Shown: piece after piece, positions 26,445 to 40,264 of the stretch | How the letters are laid out: every line of letters begins with the position of its first letter | How positions within the stretch are numbered: the stretch's first letter is position 1 | Assembly (NCBI GenBank): GCA_028023455.1 | Contig: JAQFVV010000002.1 | Coordinates: 11,222,001 to 11,286,000, forward strand | Reading direction: 5' to 3' | Origin: Epiperipatus broadwayi | Taxonomy: Eukaryota; Animalia; Onychophora | Length of the DNA stretch: 64,000 nucleotides | Translations under genes and position numbers: made by a program | The notes under the pieces: model-generated | Seen by the model: the letters and a program-made list of their open reading frames with translations, nothing else | Databases searched by the model: none | What the model was told of the DNA's origin: nothing

Positions 26445-28619
26445 CGATTATGAAGAACATACAATATTTTTGGTAATTTTTTGTTAACAAATATCTTGTT
26501 AGATTCATATATAATTAGAATCATTTTAAAGTTTATTATATCTTTTATTATTAAATGTGATTGCACAATATTTAATTTATATATTTTTTAAAAATTTGAA
26601 TTGCTATGGCATTTCTGCTTGGAATTCCTATGCTATTTTTATCAGAAATATTTTAGAGCTAATTTTGGTATTCTCAAAGATAAATATATTGGATATATGA
26701 ATGGTTTCCTTGATTCAGAAGGATTCTCAAGCTTTTCATCATCTCTCTTACATAATTGTCACATGTCATTTATATTGAATAAAAATTTGATGATAACAGT
26801 TTTAGTTGGAATGATATAATGTAAAAAAAATTGCATAAATTTTTAAATATATATGGAAGGCCCAGATTTTTTTTAGTAGAAGATAAGATTTTTTTACTGG
26901 TGGATGTATTCACAATTTTTCTTTGAAGTATTTTAAATTACAGAACTCAAGCTTATGTCTTCCAATAGATAATTATGTACAAAAGCAAATCATACCAGAG
27001 ATTAAAAACAATTTTTTAAAATATAACTTTTAAGCGTTAATCTTTATGTGAATTTCAAATATGACAAATAAAATCAGTCTTCATGCTTAAATGAAAATTT
27101 TAAATTATTTAGTAATAACAAGGTCAATGATGTTCACCAGGTGTATTTTTTGTAGTTTTGATTGATTTTATCACAAAGTGCAAGTGACTAATAATTTCAT
27201 CACTTGGAAAACATAAGAAGAAGAAAATGTATTTGCTTTGAAATAAATAAAATATTTAGATATTATTTTAATTTTTGATGTGATAACAGAATGTAAGAAG
27301 ATACTTTTTCTGTAGCAAAAATGCACAATGTAGTCTTAGTAAGCTGTATTTCTGAGATTATTTGGTAATGAAAATCATCTAGAATTATCTAATCTATATG
27401 AAAATTGGAAACACTATAAAAAGTATCATCAATGAATAATATTATTTGAAATTTTATAGAAAGATAAAAGTAGAGAGAATTAATCAGATTTAGATTTCAA
27501 TCTGAAAACATTTTTCAATTGCTCTTATTGCTAAATCTTCAGATTCATCCCAATCTATCAAATCATCACAATAGTTTCAAGTGTTTAATATAAAATTATT
27601 AATTTTAATCAAAAATTATTAGCACACCTGTGTACATTCAAGAATGTAATATCATGTATCAATATTAGGAGAATATTAGCATAAAGAACAAAATCCACAA
27701 GATAACTGTGAGCAATGTGTTGTTTATACAAGGCAGATTAAAATATAAAAAATACACAGTAATGAGTTGAGCAGTTTTCATGTATTTTTAATAGTATTTA
27801 GGTTTTTGTTTTTTAATTAAAAACATTATTGAACATGAGAGCTTAAAATTTTCACAACCATCAACATTTTTTCTGTGACCCCTCAAGGTTACAACCTATA
27901 GGTCGCACCTCACTGCATTGGTTAATTAACTTTCACTCAGCCACTCATCATTTTTAGATCAGGCAATGATTGTGATGTTAAATATAACTTGTCAACAGAA
28001 TATTAGTTGCATGGTGTGGGAAAAGAGTAAGTATACTTCTATTAAAGTTATGTATGTCAGAATTTCTTTTTCAAAAACATACACTTGCTATTTAAGTCAA
28101 AACAGAGTTGGACCAAATGTCTTTGTTAACATTATATCATATGTAGTACACTACATTAAAAAACAAATACATTTGCTATCTAGTCTGTTATCATTGGTAA
28201 GCATATTCACAAAAGTTAAATGAATATCAACAAATATCACATTCCAATGCATTAAAAACTTGAAAAAAGCTTGTAACAAAGTATGTTAGACACAAGATGC
28301 TATTTAGAACAAAAAATAGATTTATTTAGCATAGTCGCACATCATCTATTTAAGACATTACTTATCAATTGGTGCAAGATTATCTGGCTACAAATGGGTT
28401 CCCTCTGCAATAAAATTGTGAATTTACTGAACATAAAAAATAATTTAATTTTAATCTCTATATTTACATTTCAGAAGAAAACATGAAAAATAAATCTTTC
28501 ATGTAATAAATATTTCTGTAGTGTAATTTTTACTACACCATTCTCACACAAGGTAGGGACTGTTTTTTATTTGCTTTTAATACCTAGTGAAGGGGTGTAT
28601 TAATAAATATATGACTAAA

Positions 28620-28710
28620 GATGTGAAAAATATGTATGATATACAAGATCCACATTTTATGCTGAACCAGCATTTATCAGTTGGCCCAGATCACAATCTC
28701 TTAAACATAT
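28620..28710 (-). repeat. Fragment of a family C hammerhead element
   Basis: Minus strand GTGATCTGGGCCAA CTGATAA ATGCTGGTTCAGCAT AAAA matches the family C motif. Confidence 0.7.
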
Positions 28711-30384
28711 CTTTATCATTATACAGTACTTATATATAAATAGCCAACTACTACACTGATATTGCAAGATGATTATCTTCTATTTTTTATAAATCTTTCC
28801 ATTCTACTCACATCTTACACAAACTGATTAATTAAGACTATAGAAAATGAACTATCTGAAATATATATATATACTGGATTTATAATGTCATATTTCATGT
28901 ACTCCATACATGGATGATATTTCAGATTTTTTATTCCCCAAGAAACAAATTCCACAGTTACTAAAATTACATTCTGATTATACCAATAAATATAAATGTA
29001 TTGTTATCATGGACAAATCATATATTTGGCAATTAACATTCTAAAGGATGCCAAACACCTCCCTTGGTTTTCAATTTCACCTAAGTCATCTAAAATGAGG
29101 ATAGTAATATAGGAGAAACAAAATGGAAAACCATGGTTAATTTACTATCAAAAACATATCTCTCAATTCATGCAAAAATGTCATTCAATATTTTTGTGCT
29201 TACAAGGGTTAAATATACACTCATTGTAACGTTTTCAAAAGCATTTATTAACTAGTTTTATATATTATGTAAAATGGTGCTTTGAAAAAAAAGAATAGCT
29301 GCAGTTTCAATTAAATGTCTCTAAAATCTGTTACTAGAAAATTATCTAGGGCTTCAAGTCATTCAAATATTTAAAATTAGAAAAAAAAAAACTAATTTTA
29401 CAATGTGCCAAGTCTTCTCAAACTTAGAACATGCTTTTAAAATTACCTCCAAAAATAGATGCTCTCTTTTTTCAGGATTTTAAATGTCATTAATTGATCC
29501 TTTTTTTTTTTCAATCTAGAAACTTTAATTTTAACACCTCTATCCCAAAATATAACTATTAAAAGCATTACTGTATCCCAATGCTCAATGTAATAATAAA
29601 CTCACTCTCATCATTATTAACAAATGATTGTGTTGTAAATATAGATTCTGGTCACTTGAATCCAAATATCTTGGTTATCTGTTAAAACTGAACTTAGAAT
29701 ATTTACCCAAACTGTACTTTTTTAGATAATTGTATTCATGCAATGATATCCATATTATTTAAAGATAAAAAAATTGACATCAGTTACCTTTTAGAAATTT
29801 TCATTTTATGCTCTATGATACACAAAGTGCATTTTTACTTATAGCAATAATCCAAGAAACCATCCAAGTACATTTACAAATAAGCTGGAAATTATAAGAC
29901 AAAGAAATAAAAAAAAGATGTTTAAATACAATAGTAATACTAGATCACTAATGCAAGACTGCCCCAACCCTTAACTTGACATATTATTTCTCATGAAATT
30001 ATCAAAGAAGAATAGTATTGTAGTAGATCTCATTATCAATGATCACTTTAAAAATAGTGATGGAGATTTGAATAAATATAAATGCATAGAATTTGTGAGC
30101 TACACGAATAAACTCCATACATTTTTTAAAAACTTTTTCTTTTTAGTTACCATGTTAACTGGCTAAAAAAATATGTACTGTTACATGTGGACAAATCAAC
30201 TATGTAAATGCATAGTTTGATAAAATGCTTTGAAAGATGATGGTGATGATTACAATAATAATAACAATAATTTTTAATTAAGTAATTTTTTAATTATTAT
30301 TAGTCATTACAAAACTATACATATCAATAAAAATAGTTTTAATATCATAAACCATATTACATAATTATATAAATTTTATACAGT

Positions 30385-30931
30385 ATTATATATAGAGCTT
30401 GCAAAATAAGCTCTTAACAAACTTTGAAAATATCCCCAACCCCAGACTGTTTTCTGCTACTGGCATCATCAGTGAGGTGCTAGGATATTCAAGCATTAGA
30501 TTAAAAATACCAGGGCAAGTCCAGCACTTTATCTAATGTATAACTATTAAGTAGAAAATCTGAAATTTTCAGACATCCATATGTCTTCCAATCCAGCTAT
30601 CTAATTTAAATAGCCATATGTGACTGAACTAAGTTCAGATACACCATATATTAATAGCTTTAGCAATATAAATCACCAAAACATTAATAGCAAAAAATAA
30701 AATTGATTTTAGTCAGATGTCACATGACCTAATTTAATAAGCTTGTATTTACAAATGTTATATATAGAACTCGCAAAATAAGCTCTTAACAAGCTTTGAG
30801 AATATCCCCAACTGCAGACTGGTTTCTGCTACTGGCATCATCAGAGAGCTTGTTAAGAGTTTATTTTATGAGCTCTATATATAACATTTGTAAATACAAA
30901 CTTATTAAATTAGATCATGTGACATCTGACT
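30385..30931 (-). mobile_element. Family B' hammerhead element: ~372 nt monomer + partial tandem copy + 5' inverted arm
   Basis: Direct repeat offset of 372 (30395/30767); 30845-30931 is the reverse complement of ~30711-30795; body is homologous to the 23.7-24.5 kb monomers. Confidence 0.85.
30439..30478 (-). ncRNA. Minimal type I hammerhead (family B')
   Basis: ACCTCA CTGATGA TGC-CAGTA-GCA GAAAA CA GTC TGGGGT. The second copy at 30811-30844 has GAAAC CA GTC but lacks the 5' strand of stem I. Confidence 0.75.
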
Positions 30932-32831
30932 TGATTTTTTTGTAATTATATAGTGTTTATAACATTTTTTTAATATTTAAATAAATTCACTATATTTAAA
31001 TATAACTATAATAAACTTTATTTTACTTTTAGATGGGTATAGAAGAGACAAAACAAAATAATATAATTAAAATATATATAGTGAACCAAGTCGGAGAAAA
31101 TGGCTCTGATCACTTTCTTTAGATCTCGATTTTAACTCAGGCTGCATTTCACTACTGCAGCAGACCAGCTCTTCAAGTAGAGAAGTATAATACTACAGAT
31201 AGATGAAACATCCACTGTACTTATAACCAGACTGAGTCTATACAAAGTATAACCTCTGATCATATTTTCAGGTTATAGTACTTCTCAAATACTAGATTCA
31301 AACCCATGCCATCTGAGGACTTTGTTTTGAGGGTTAACCTCAGGTGCCAGATAACCATAGGTTATATAGTCAGTATTCCCAGACTACAGATGTACAATCT
31401 AGTGCTTGATATATGCCAAGCTAGCTCCTTTTCTCAATTGCGAGGTGAAAGCTCTGGCACACTTCCCAACACTTATAATTAATTATAACTTAATCTATTA
31501 GTGATACAGTTATAAGAGAGAGAATTGATTGGACAGCAATTAAGCAAACAAATATTTTATTTCACACACACACATAATTATAACATGATATAATATAAAA
31601 AATGACATATAAACGCATTCCTATGTATAACATAATATAATATGAATATAAGAATGCAATATTAAAGACTACATTGGCTGTAACTATTAAAGTTCTTTAA
31701 CTCACATATATGTGCAAATCTTTAGAATGGGAGAATAAGAATTATATTTACCTAGGATTTTAGATAGCATGTCGCACTTTTATGAATACAGTTCCTTGTT
31801 TATTTCCCTATTTGTCAGTTATCAACTAGTTGGCCTTTTCTTTCCATTTATGGTTTTGCCTTATTATTGATTTTTCAATTTGCAATGATGAGAGAGAGAT
31901 TATCAATAGTTTACAGATCACAAGGTAGGCATGAGTTCCAGGTGGAAAACATATGATGGTGCTGAGAACTGGGATCGAAGGCTAGCTGCACCCTTAGGTT
32001 GTTATTTAGTACTGCATGCTTCTAGGTTGGCCTTCAGTGAAGATAAGTCGAGGCACAAGTATCCTGGAAATGTGTATAGTTTTTTGCCATCTTCTCTTCT
32101 TTAATTTTTATAGTAATACTGCAATGTTAACTAATAATTTTACTGCATCTGAAACAATCTGAATGGCAATAATAATAATGACAATGATGATTTCTTGTCT
32201 CTTGGTCCTTTTATATGTTTCTTTCTCATTGTTTCTCTTTAGTGCTTCAGTCTAATTTAATTAATTTTATATTTTCCTTAATTAATTTTTTAATTCCATT
32301 TTAATCTAGTCTCTTACTTAGATTAATCTAATATTTTGATAAGATAATGTCCGTAGTTTTTTTCTTTGTTTCTTTAATTAGTTCAAATGGGAGTTATCTT
32401 TTTTTATCAGCCAAGTAATCTTTAATGAAATGCACATTTTAAAAGTTTTTCTTTTTACAAATTATATTTTTAGTTTAATGTCATTTTCACATTCTTTTAT
32501 TATTATTTTCTCTTTTTTTTTATAATTTATAAAAAGGGAGAGCTAGTTTCAACTTTTTATTTAAAATTATGACCCTCCCCCCTACTCACTCTTTGATATT
32601 AAACCTTTCTTTTATTTTTCAAAGAAAAGGTGACACAATACTTTATTTTTTTCAAGTTTGCATTTCAAAAAAAATTCTTTAAAAACATAATTTATATTTC
32701 ATTATTATCACTTTTCTTTCCCTTTTAAAATCAATTTGATCATTTATTATGAAATGATTACATATGTAATGCAAAATATATGTGTGTCTTTTAACCCATA
32801 TATTTGTTGGCAGTACAATATATAGTAAGAA

Positions 32832-33049
32832 ATAAATGACATACTATCCAGGTACATTCATGTATAATTATTTGAATATATATATAAACTAATATTTCAA
32901 CCAGATCACAGTGGTCATCATCTGGATAATAAATATATATATTGTAATATTTTTTACCCATTGATGACCAGGGTGACCTGGTTGAAACATTGGTTTATTT
33001 TTTTTTAAAATAATTATATATGACTGTATCTGGATTATTTGTCATTTAT
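32832..33049. repeat. Degenerate inverted repeat with hammerhead-like cores (possible family D)
   Basis: ~90 bp imperfect arms; both carry TGATGACC...TGGTTGAAA(C/T), but stem I could not be built. Confidence 0.5.
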
Positions 33050-33139
33050 ACCTATAGCCTGTGAAAATCTTCAATTTAATTTAATATAGTAAAAAAATTA
33101 CAAAATGAAAAAATGACTATATATATTATATTATATCCA

Positions 33140-34570
33140 TATATTATCCAAGACAGGAAGAGTAGTTTCAAGAATTTTGTTGAATAGATTCCTTCCAGTT
33201 ATAGATGAATTGTTACCAAAAACTCAGTGTGGTTTTAGGAAATCAAGAAGCATTATAGTTATAATTTTTGTTGCCAGGAAGATGCAAGAAAAGTGTCAGG
33301 AATAAAGAAATGATTTATATATTGATTTAATTGATTTTTTTCAAGACATTTAATGTAATTAATAGGAAGGTGTATGACATTATTTAAAATTAGTTGTTCA
33401 TCAAAATTTATACATATTATACAGCATCTACATGATGGGTTGAGAGGAAATACTATTATTACAGATGGAAAAATCTGAGGCATTTGAAATGAAAACTGGT
33501 GTTAAACAAGAATGTGTGTTTGCTCTAACTTTGTGTTCTATTTTTATGATAGTGATAATTGGAATTGTTTATGGGTGGCTCAGTCAGAGAGGGATTTAGA
33601 TATGATGCAGATTTGTTTAAGAGTGAAAACAAGAACCTCATTATCATGGATTCTGAATTTACATATCTTATCATGACTGTGCAATTTTTCCCAGTCCAAA
33701 AGACAATTTATAGAATGTTTCTTAATGTTTTAAGTCCAACTTATAAAGATCTCAGTTCATGAATTAAGATTAAAAAAACTCAAATTCTCTATCATCCAGT
33801 GAAGGAAGAAAAATACTCAACAACTATCAGCTCAAATGGTTAGCAAATTGAGAATGTAAATCAGTTTAAATACCTTAGTAGTTTTAAAAGTAGAAGGATA
33901 GACTTAGATGTTAAGATCCAACACAGGCTGCAATGTGTTGCTGTTGCTTTCACAAGTTAAAAGATAAGAGAACTTTATTTAAGAAAATAACTATTGCAAC
34001 TATGTTAACTAAATATAAAGTTGTTTTTTTAACCAATTTATTATATGGATGTTGGACATCATATCTGCACACTATAAAGGCATTAGAAAAGTTTGCTTTA
34101 AGGATTTTTTTGTAAAATTTTAAAAATACAATGGCAAGATTATAAAGCCAATCAATATGTTTTTCAGCTTTTAGGATTTGATACTCTTGAGTCTACCAGT
34201 GCAAAATCACAACTTCATTGGATTGGACTAATAAAATGAATGAATAATGGAAGAACCTCCCAAAAGGGTGTTTTGTGGTGAACTTGAACAAGGATTTTGT
34301 AGAAGTAGACTCTATCTATATTGTAAGAATTTTCTCAAAGACATTCTAAAGAAATGCAATATGAATTGTTTCTATTGGAAAGATATGGCAAAGAATAGAA
34401 TACATTGAATAAGTACAATTAGACATGAAGTTGAAGTCTTTCACAAAGAAAAGTTTTCCACTAAGGAAACTAAAAGACAACATCGTAAAATAACAAGTAA
34501 ACAGAAAATTAGACCAGCATGTTTTATATGTAGATGTATTTGTGGTTCACACATTGGTTTGTATAGTTGT
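33140..34570 (+). mobile_element. 5'-truncated, decayed RTE-clade LINE (RT to C-terminus)
   Basis: RILLNRFLPVIDELLPKTQCGFRKSRS..IFVARKMQEKC, a hallmark of RTE/BovB-type RT. Later VKQECV and GRLRC*DPTQA-type blocks; C-terminal CFICRCICGSHIG. Confidence 0.85.
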
Positions 34571-34589
34571 TGTTGTTATTTTTTTTTTC

Positions 34590-35376
34590 TGTGGACCTAT
34601 GGATGGAACACCATGTGCTAGTTGTAGAAATCTAATTTTTGGAAAACAATCAAGAATTAATTGCAGAAAGGTTTGGAATAAGTTTTATATAACATGTATT
34701 AATATTGAATCAATAGATGGACAGAAATATGATGATGGATTAATTGATTTTACATGTGATAAATGTGAAAAACAACTTCCTATTTTAGAAAATAAAATGG
34801 CTGATGAAATCAAACAGAATAATGGATGTCATAGTATAAAACATTCAACTGTAAAACAAAATAAGTGAAAATTTGAATATTTTCTTAGTTGACAATAATA
34901 ATACTAATTGTAATGGAATATGTCAGTTTTGTTTTTCTGATATTACTAATGAACAATTTTCTATAACTTGCTTTGGAATTATTCTAGGATATTTCATGGA
35001 AAATGTCTAAAATTGACTTCAATAGATTTAAATATGCTTAGATTGAATGGGAATAATTGTTAACTATGCCCTGATTGTAATGAAATAGATTTTGAACTGA
35101 CTCAGTTAAAGGAAAATATTAATTTTAATTTTGGTACACAAACTGATTTTTATATTATTGATAATGAAGAAAATATTGCATTAAAAAATTCTTCAAATGA
35201 TGCATTTAATTTGGAGGAAGAAATAACAGGATCTATTACTAATAATAATTATTGTAAGTAAATTTTGTTAAGATCTCTTTTGTGTCATGTAATTGCAATT
35301 GAACAAAAATTAGATAATTTATCTAAAGAAAACTTTGTTTTTAAAAGAAGTACTAATGAATTTGACTGAGCAAAAA
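34590..35376 (+). mobile_element. CR1-type LINE #1, 5' part (ORF1 with two PHD-like fingers)
   Basis: CASC...C...FYITC...FTCDKC at 34599-34770 and a second Cys/His cluster at ~34905-35085. The frame continues (LTEQK|TTENTDNN) after the L1 insertion. Confidence 0.7.
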
Positions 35377-35413
35377 GAATTTAATCAGATAAGACCTAAC
35401 CATAACCCATGCT

Positions 35414-36937
35414 ATGGCAGCTGGAAAGGGAGAGAGCACAATGAAAAACCAAACTCCAAAAGATGAAATGTCAGGAAGATTTCTTATTGATTTTGATGAG
35501 GAGGAAAATATGATGACCAGTGAGTTCAATGTGCACAACACTGAATTAAAAGATGCCTCAATAGTCATTGATAGTTATGAAGCAGTGAGCACTGAATTCA
35601 ATGACAGGCTACCTCTGACTCTGTATAATTCATTTCAAAACTATAATAATGATCATACTCTGATTTTGACTACTACAAATAATAAATGCAATCTCTTCCA
35701 ATTTCCAACTGATCAATTATTCTCACTAATAAAAGAAAACCAGCTAGCTGATGCAATTAAAAGGGTGTATCACCACCCTAACAGAAGATACTTTGTGGTG
35801 GAATTCCAGAATATAATTCAGAAAGAGATTTTCAGGCGAGAGCACAATTTTCTCAATGGAAGGTATCTTGTCAAAATAGATATAGCTAGGCCAAGAGTAG
35901 TGCATGGGATAGTAAGGAATTGTTATATGAACTTCACCAGTGGAAACCTGCAGAAACCCTTGGCCAAATTTGGAAACATCACTGCCTTCAAATACTTGGG
36001 CGAAAGAAGAGTAGGACTAGAGCTGCCATCAAACACTGCGGCTTTTACTATCAAACTTGTGAATGGAGTGTCGTTACTTGATTTACCCTCAATTCTGGAG
36101 GAGCCCAACTGCACCTTATATCTATCCTTTCGCGGGGTGAAACCACAGTGTTTTATATGTCAGGAGAGATCACATCTAGTAAAAGCCTGCCCAAAGAAAA
36201 TATGTCAAAGGTGTCAGGGCAGGAATAGTAGAGCCCACCGGTGTGTGAATTCCTCCTATAGCTTGAAGCACACAGCCTCTTCCTATGGTGATGAAGCTGT
36301 GCAGACATATTATAATTGGTCTAATGATCTAGCTGAAAAACAAAAGCCGCAAACAGAACCCAGTGGTACCATAATTGATGCAATTGAAAAGAAGCTGACA
36401 CCAGAAAATCTCATGTTGGCTGATTACAGCCCTAGCAAAACAATGCTCAAGCTAGGGGCAGACACTTTACCCCAAGAGAACAAGTGTCTCATAAATGAAA
36501 TATCAGATATAACCACTGTCAGTAGTCAAAGTAAAGCTACAGCACCTAGTCCTGTAGACCATCCTATGAATCACACAGGAAAGAGGAATACACAGGACTC
36601 CTCTGGCTCTCAAGGTGAAGAGTCTGTAAATTTGTGGTCTGATTCTGACATTGAAGAAGCAATAGCTCGGCCAGTGAGTGGTAGATCCAGGAGTCCAAGG
36701 AAAAAGTATGATAAAAAGAGATCTAGAATGGCAGACACAGACAAAAAATTACGACAGGAAGAGCTGCAGCAGCCACACCCTTGTAATATCCAGATTGGAG
36801 GACCAGTCAAGGACCAGCAAAACTCACAAGTTACCTCAGAGGACTTGAGACAGGTGATGTCCTGCAATTTGATGGACCCTCCTCAGTGCAGAAGCTCACT
36901 AGAACCTCAGGTACAAATTAAATCGCAAAAAGATTGA
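35414..36937 (+). CDS. L1/Tx1 ORF1p (RRM-like region + CCHC zinc knuckle), 507 aa
   Basis: Intact ORF; CFICQERSHLVKAC knuckle followed by CQRCQGRNSRAHRC; low-complexity C-terminus. Confidence 0.9.
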   Translation: MAAGKGESTMKNQTPKDEMSGRFLIDFDEEENMMTSEFNVHNTELKDASIVIDSYEAVSTEFNDRLPLTLYNSFQNYNNDHTLILTTTNNKCNLFQFPTDQLFSLIKENQLADAIKRVYHHPNRRYFVVEFQNIIQKEIFRREHNFLNGRYLVKIDIARPRVVHGIVRNCYMNFTSGNLQKPLAKFGNITAFKYLGERRVGLELPSNTAAFTIKLVNGVSLLDLPSILEEPNCTLYLSFRGVKPQCFICQERSHLVKACPKKICQRCQGRNSRAHRCVNSSYSLKHTASSYGDEAVQTYYNWSNDLAEKQKPQTEPSGTIIDAIEKKLTPENLMLADYSPSKTMLKLGADTLPQENKCLINEISDITTVSSQSKATAPSPVDHPMNHTGKRNTQDSSGSQGEESVNLWSDSDIEEAIARPVSGRSRSPRKKYDKKRSRMADTDKKLRQEELQQPHPCNIQIGGPVKDQQNSQVTSEDLRQVMSCNLMDPPQCRSSLEPQVQIKSQKD

Positions 36938-36973
36938 TGCGCAGATTAGGAGACTAGCCAAAACATCAACATC

Positions 36974-39900
36974 ATGCAACTTAACATCGGTGGTGTGAAT
37001 GTCAGAGGATTAAACTCCTTGGATAGAGCATATGCTCTGCAAAGATGGTTCAAGAATAGTCAGATGTATATAGTATGCCTGAGTGAAACAAAGCTTCATT
37101 TGAATACCAACAGTAAAATAATACAAATCCTCGATCAGTTTGGGGTCTTTCAGTTCTATCAATCAAACACAGCCATCTCGGGTGTTGCCATTCTCATTAA
37201 TAAACAACTGAACATAGAAAGAAGCAGAACTCTATACCTCAACAATGATTTAATTATAATAGAAATCACAATCTCTGGAATGTCATTAATTCTAATGTAT
37301 GTCTACATGCAGAAGGACACCAGGCAGATCGACTTCACAATAGGCAGGATCAACTCTATTCTTGCATCAGCAGTGCCACCTGTCATTTTGTTTGGGGACT
37401 TCAACATGGCCTATCAACAGTTTAATCAAAAATATTTGCATAAACTCAACAGAGTGCTGTTGTGTGGGGAGGGGTGTTTTCCCACCAATGCATACTCATT
37501 TTATACACGGCAGCACAAAACCCTAATTGATTTACTTTATTATAGTCCAGAACTTTACCATGAGCTACATGCCTCATTGCAAATTGTTCCATTCTCTGAT
37601 CATCTGGCCATGTTGATTTCCCTTCAACTGGATCCCATATCACTAACCCCCTCATGCCAAATCAAAACAATAAGAATGCTTAACAAGGCCAGCACACCTG
37701 AATGGATCTTCTCGGAAGCTTATATCCTCTTCCACAAGATCCAGATTCTCTCATTGTCACCTCTTGAGGCGTTTTCAGTCTTTGTAGGGGTACTTAGTTC
37801 CCTGATAAACAATTTCACCTGAAAAACCAAAGGCCCAAACAGGCTGCTTGGGGAGCTGGATTTCATTGGCAAGAGAGTCAGTGAATTATCATCAATTGAT
37901 GCTGGAGTTGGGGAGATCATGTTGTTAAAGAAACAGTACAGGGAGAAACAGAGGGTGCTTGCACAATATGTTGCGACAAAAAGGGCAAAGATCTATTTGG
38001 CAACACAACAAAATTGGATGCGGAGCTACCTGAGATGGGCTATTGGTGCTTCAAAAAGACCTACCCCATCATTAATCAACATAGACACCCATAACTACTC
38101 TGGGGCTGCAATGCTAGATAAGATCCATGAGCACTTCAAGAGAAAACTCCAAAGTCAAAAGTTTGACATCAGTAACATCTGGAATGATAAACAAGAAGTT
38201 GGTGAACACAATATAACAGAGGAACAAATCATCCAGAAGCTTCAATCCTATCCTGAACATGTGCATCCTGGTTTACATGGAGATCCCCGATTTGTATTGT
38301 TGCACCTTGGCCATTTCACAGCTCCGATAGTACGGAGAGTAGTTGATATGCTGGCCGGGGACTTTCAAAGTGTTCCTGATCTGTATCCAATTGCTCTTGT
38401 ACCATACATGAAAAAATTCACCAATCCATCCAGTTTATCTAACATTAGACCTATCTCAATGTCCCCACTAATCATCAAATCAATTGAATCATTGGTTAAG
38501 GATAGGATCCAGCAGCAGTTACTTACCAGGATCTCTGTACACCAGTTTGCACACAAAGGCACATCCACCATTGAGGCGGTGCAGCGCTTCATGCTGCTGG
38601 TGGAGCATGTAAGATCACATCGAAAATCAGGGCCCATTGCTGTTCAAATAGACTTTACAGCTGCCTTTGACTCCGTGATGCCAGCAAAACTACTATCCAT
38701 ATTAAGGCACTATGGAGTACCTATTGTCTATGTTAAAATCATTGCTAACTTGTTGCTAAACAGGTCAATTCACACATCACTTAATGGCTCCCTGGCACCT
38801 GGTTTCAGACCACATCTATCAATCCCCCAGGGGTCCCCACTAAGCACCCTTTGTTTCATTACCTACCTGAATCCCCTACTAGAAGATGTGGAAAAAGAAC
38901 TACCAGGAGTCTTTGTGCCAGCACTAAAGGAGGAACTCCACCACATTTCATATGTGGATGATGTTACCATTTTCCTCCCTTCTGAGAAATACCTGCCAAG
39001 GTTATACCAACTGCTGGACAGATATGCGAGAAAATTTAATCTGGCTGTCAACCCAGACAAATCTGTTGTCTGTAAAAACAGTAGGGGTGTTACAGTACCA
39101 TCAAGATATACAGGAAATCCACAGAAATTCCTTGGGTTCCCAATTGCCCTCTCCAAAACAGCGATGAGGAGGGCCATCCAGCAGGATCTTTTGGACAAAA
39201 CCAAGAAGGTAACAAACTCTCTCTCAATGATCTCCCCCTCACTCCCAGGCAAGGTGGCATTGTTAAATATGATGGTGTTTCCACGTATAAACTACTACCT
39301 GCCCATCTTCAAACCGACCAAGGGTTTTCAGGATGCTATAAATTCAGCCTGCACCAAGATGATGTGGAAGAGAAAAACTGTATGCATCAGTCTGGCCAAG
39401 GTGCAGAGACCACGTGACCTGAATGGACTTGGTCTCCATGCCATCAAGGTGTTTTTTGTTCAAAGAGCTCTTTCAGTGCTCAGGAAAATCCACAATAAAA
39501 AAGAAAAGGATCAGAGTGAAGACACTGTGGAGCCCACAGATACACCACCACCCATACACAGTAAATGGGTCAAAGAACTACAAGAACAACTGGGGACTCT
39601 ATTTTCAGTTTCCGAGCAATTAGAGAAAGCTAAGCAAACATATTGGGAAGTATACAAAATCCTTTTCCCAAATCAAAACCCATTGTCTACCCGATTAAGA
39701 CTGTCTGTAAAACAAATGCTTAAGAAGTCCAGATACTGGTGCATAGGACCAAAGCTGGTCGATTTTATAATCAAGTTTAACCTGTCCTCCTTGCCCACCA
39801 GTCAATTTTTGGTGATGCAAAGAGGATTTTGTCAATTAAACCCCATGTGTAAACTCTGTAATATGCGTGAAGAAACACTGGAGCACATCTTCTATGCCTG

Positions 39901-40264
39901 CTCATACCTGAGTTGCATTAGAAATAAAATTATTGCAAACATTTCCTCTGGCTGTGGCAATGACCTGTCAATTGATCGGGCAATTAAAGAAGGAAATTAT
40001 GCAACTATCAGGCTAGCGGCATGCCTACTACATGCCTTATGGATCACCAGGTGCCAGAATATCTTCAGACAAGGACATAGTGATCCTTGGATAACTTTTA
40101 AAACAATAATAATGGGCATGAAAAACAGAGATAGACTCCTTGTGCCAGAGCGTCTCTTTGTAGACACATGGGCACAGATTATTATTTGTGACGATGAGAC
40201 GACATCTCAGACAACTGCAGTAAATATTATGACAATACCACACAAATTGGTTGCAAAACTTTGA
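36974..40264 (+). pseudogene. L1/Tx1 ORF2p (AP endonuclease - RT - zf-RVT) with a single in-frame TGA at 37820-37822
   Basis: NVRGLN, LSETKL, GDFN and SDH (endonuclease); DFTAAFDSV, QGSPLS and YVDD (RT); CKLC..ETLEHIFYAC. The two track ORFs (36974 and 37919) are 945 nt apart, so they share a frame with one stop between them. Confidence 0.9.

Noticed and set aside
31752-32250. Alternative genetic code (TAA/TAG = Gln), suggested by frames interrupted only by TAR here and at 52440-52740
   Set aside because: The CaaX exon and both L1 ORFs encode all their many Gln with CAA/CAG, and read-through products resemble nothing recognisable. TAR excess is expected in AT-rich DNA.
1144-33483. Most other 60-90 aa ORFs in the track
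   Set aside because: Compositionally biased (F/I/L/Y/N-rich) products of AT-rich non-coding DNA or pieces of decayed elements already annotated.
35353-39623. Antisense and alternate-frame ORFs over the L1 element
   Set aside because: Shadows of the long sense ORFs with no independent features.
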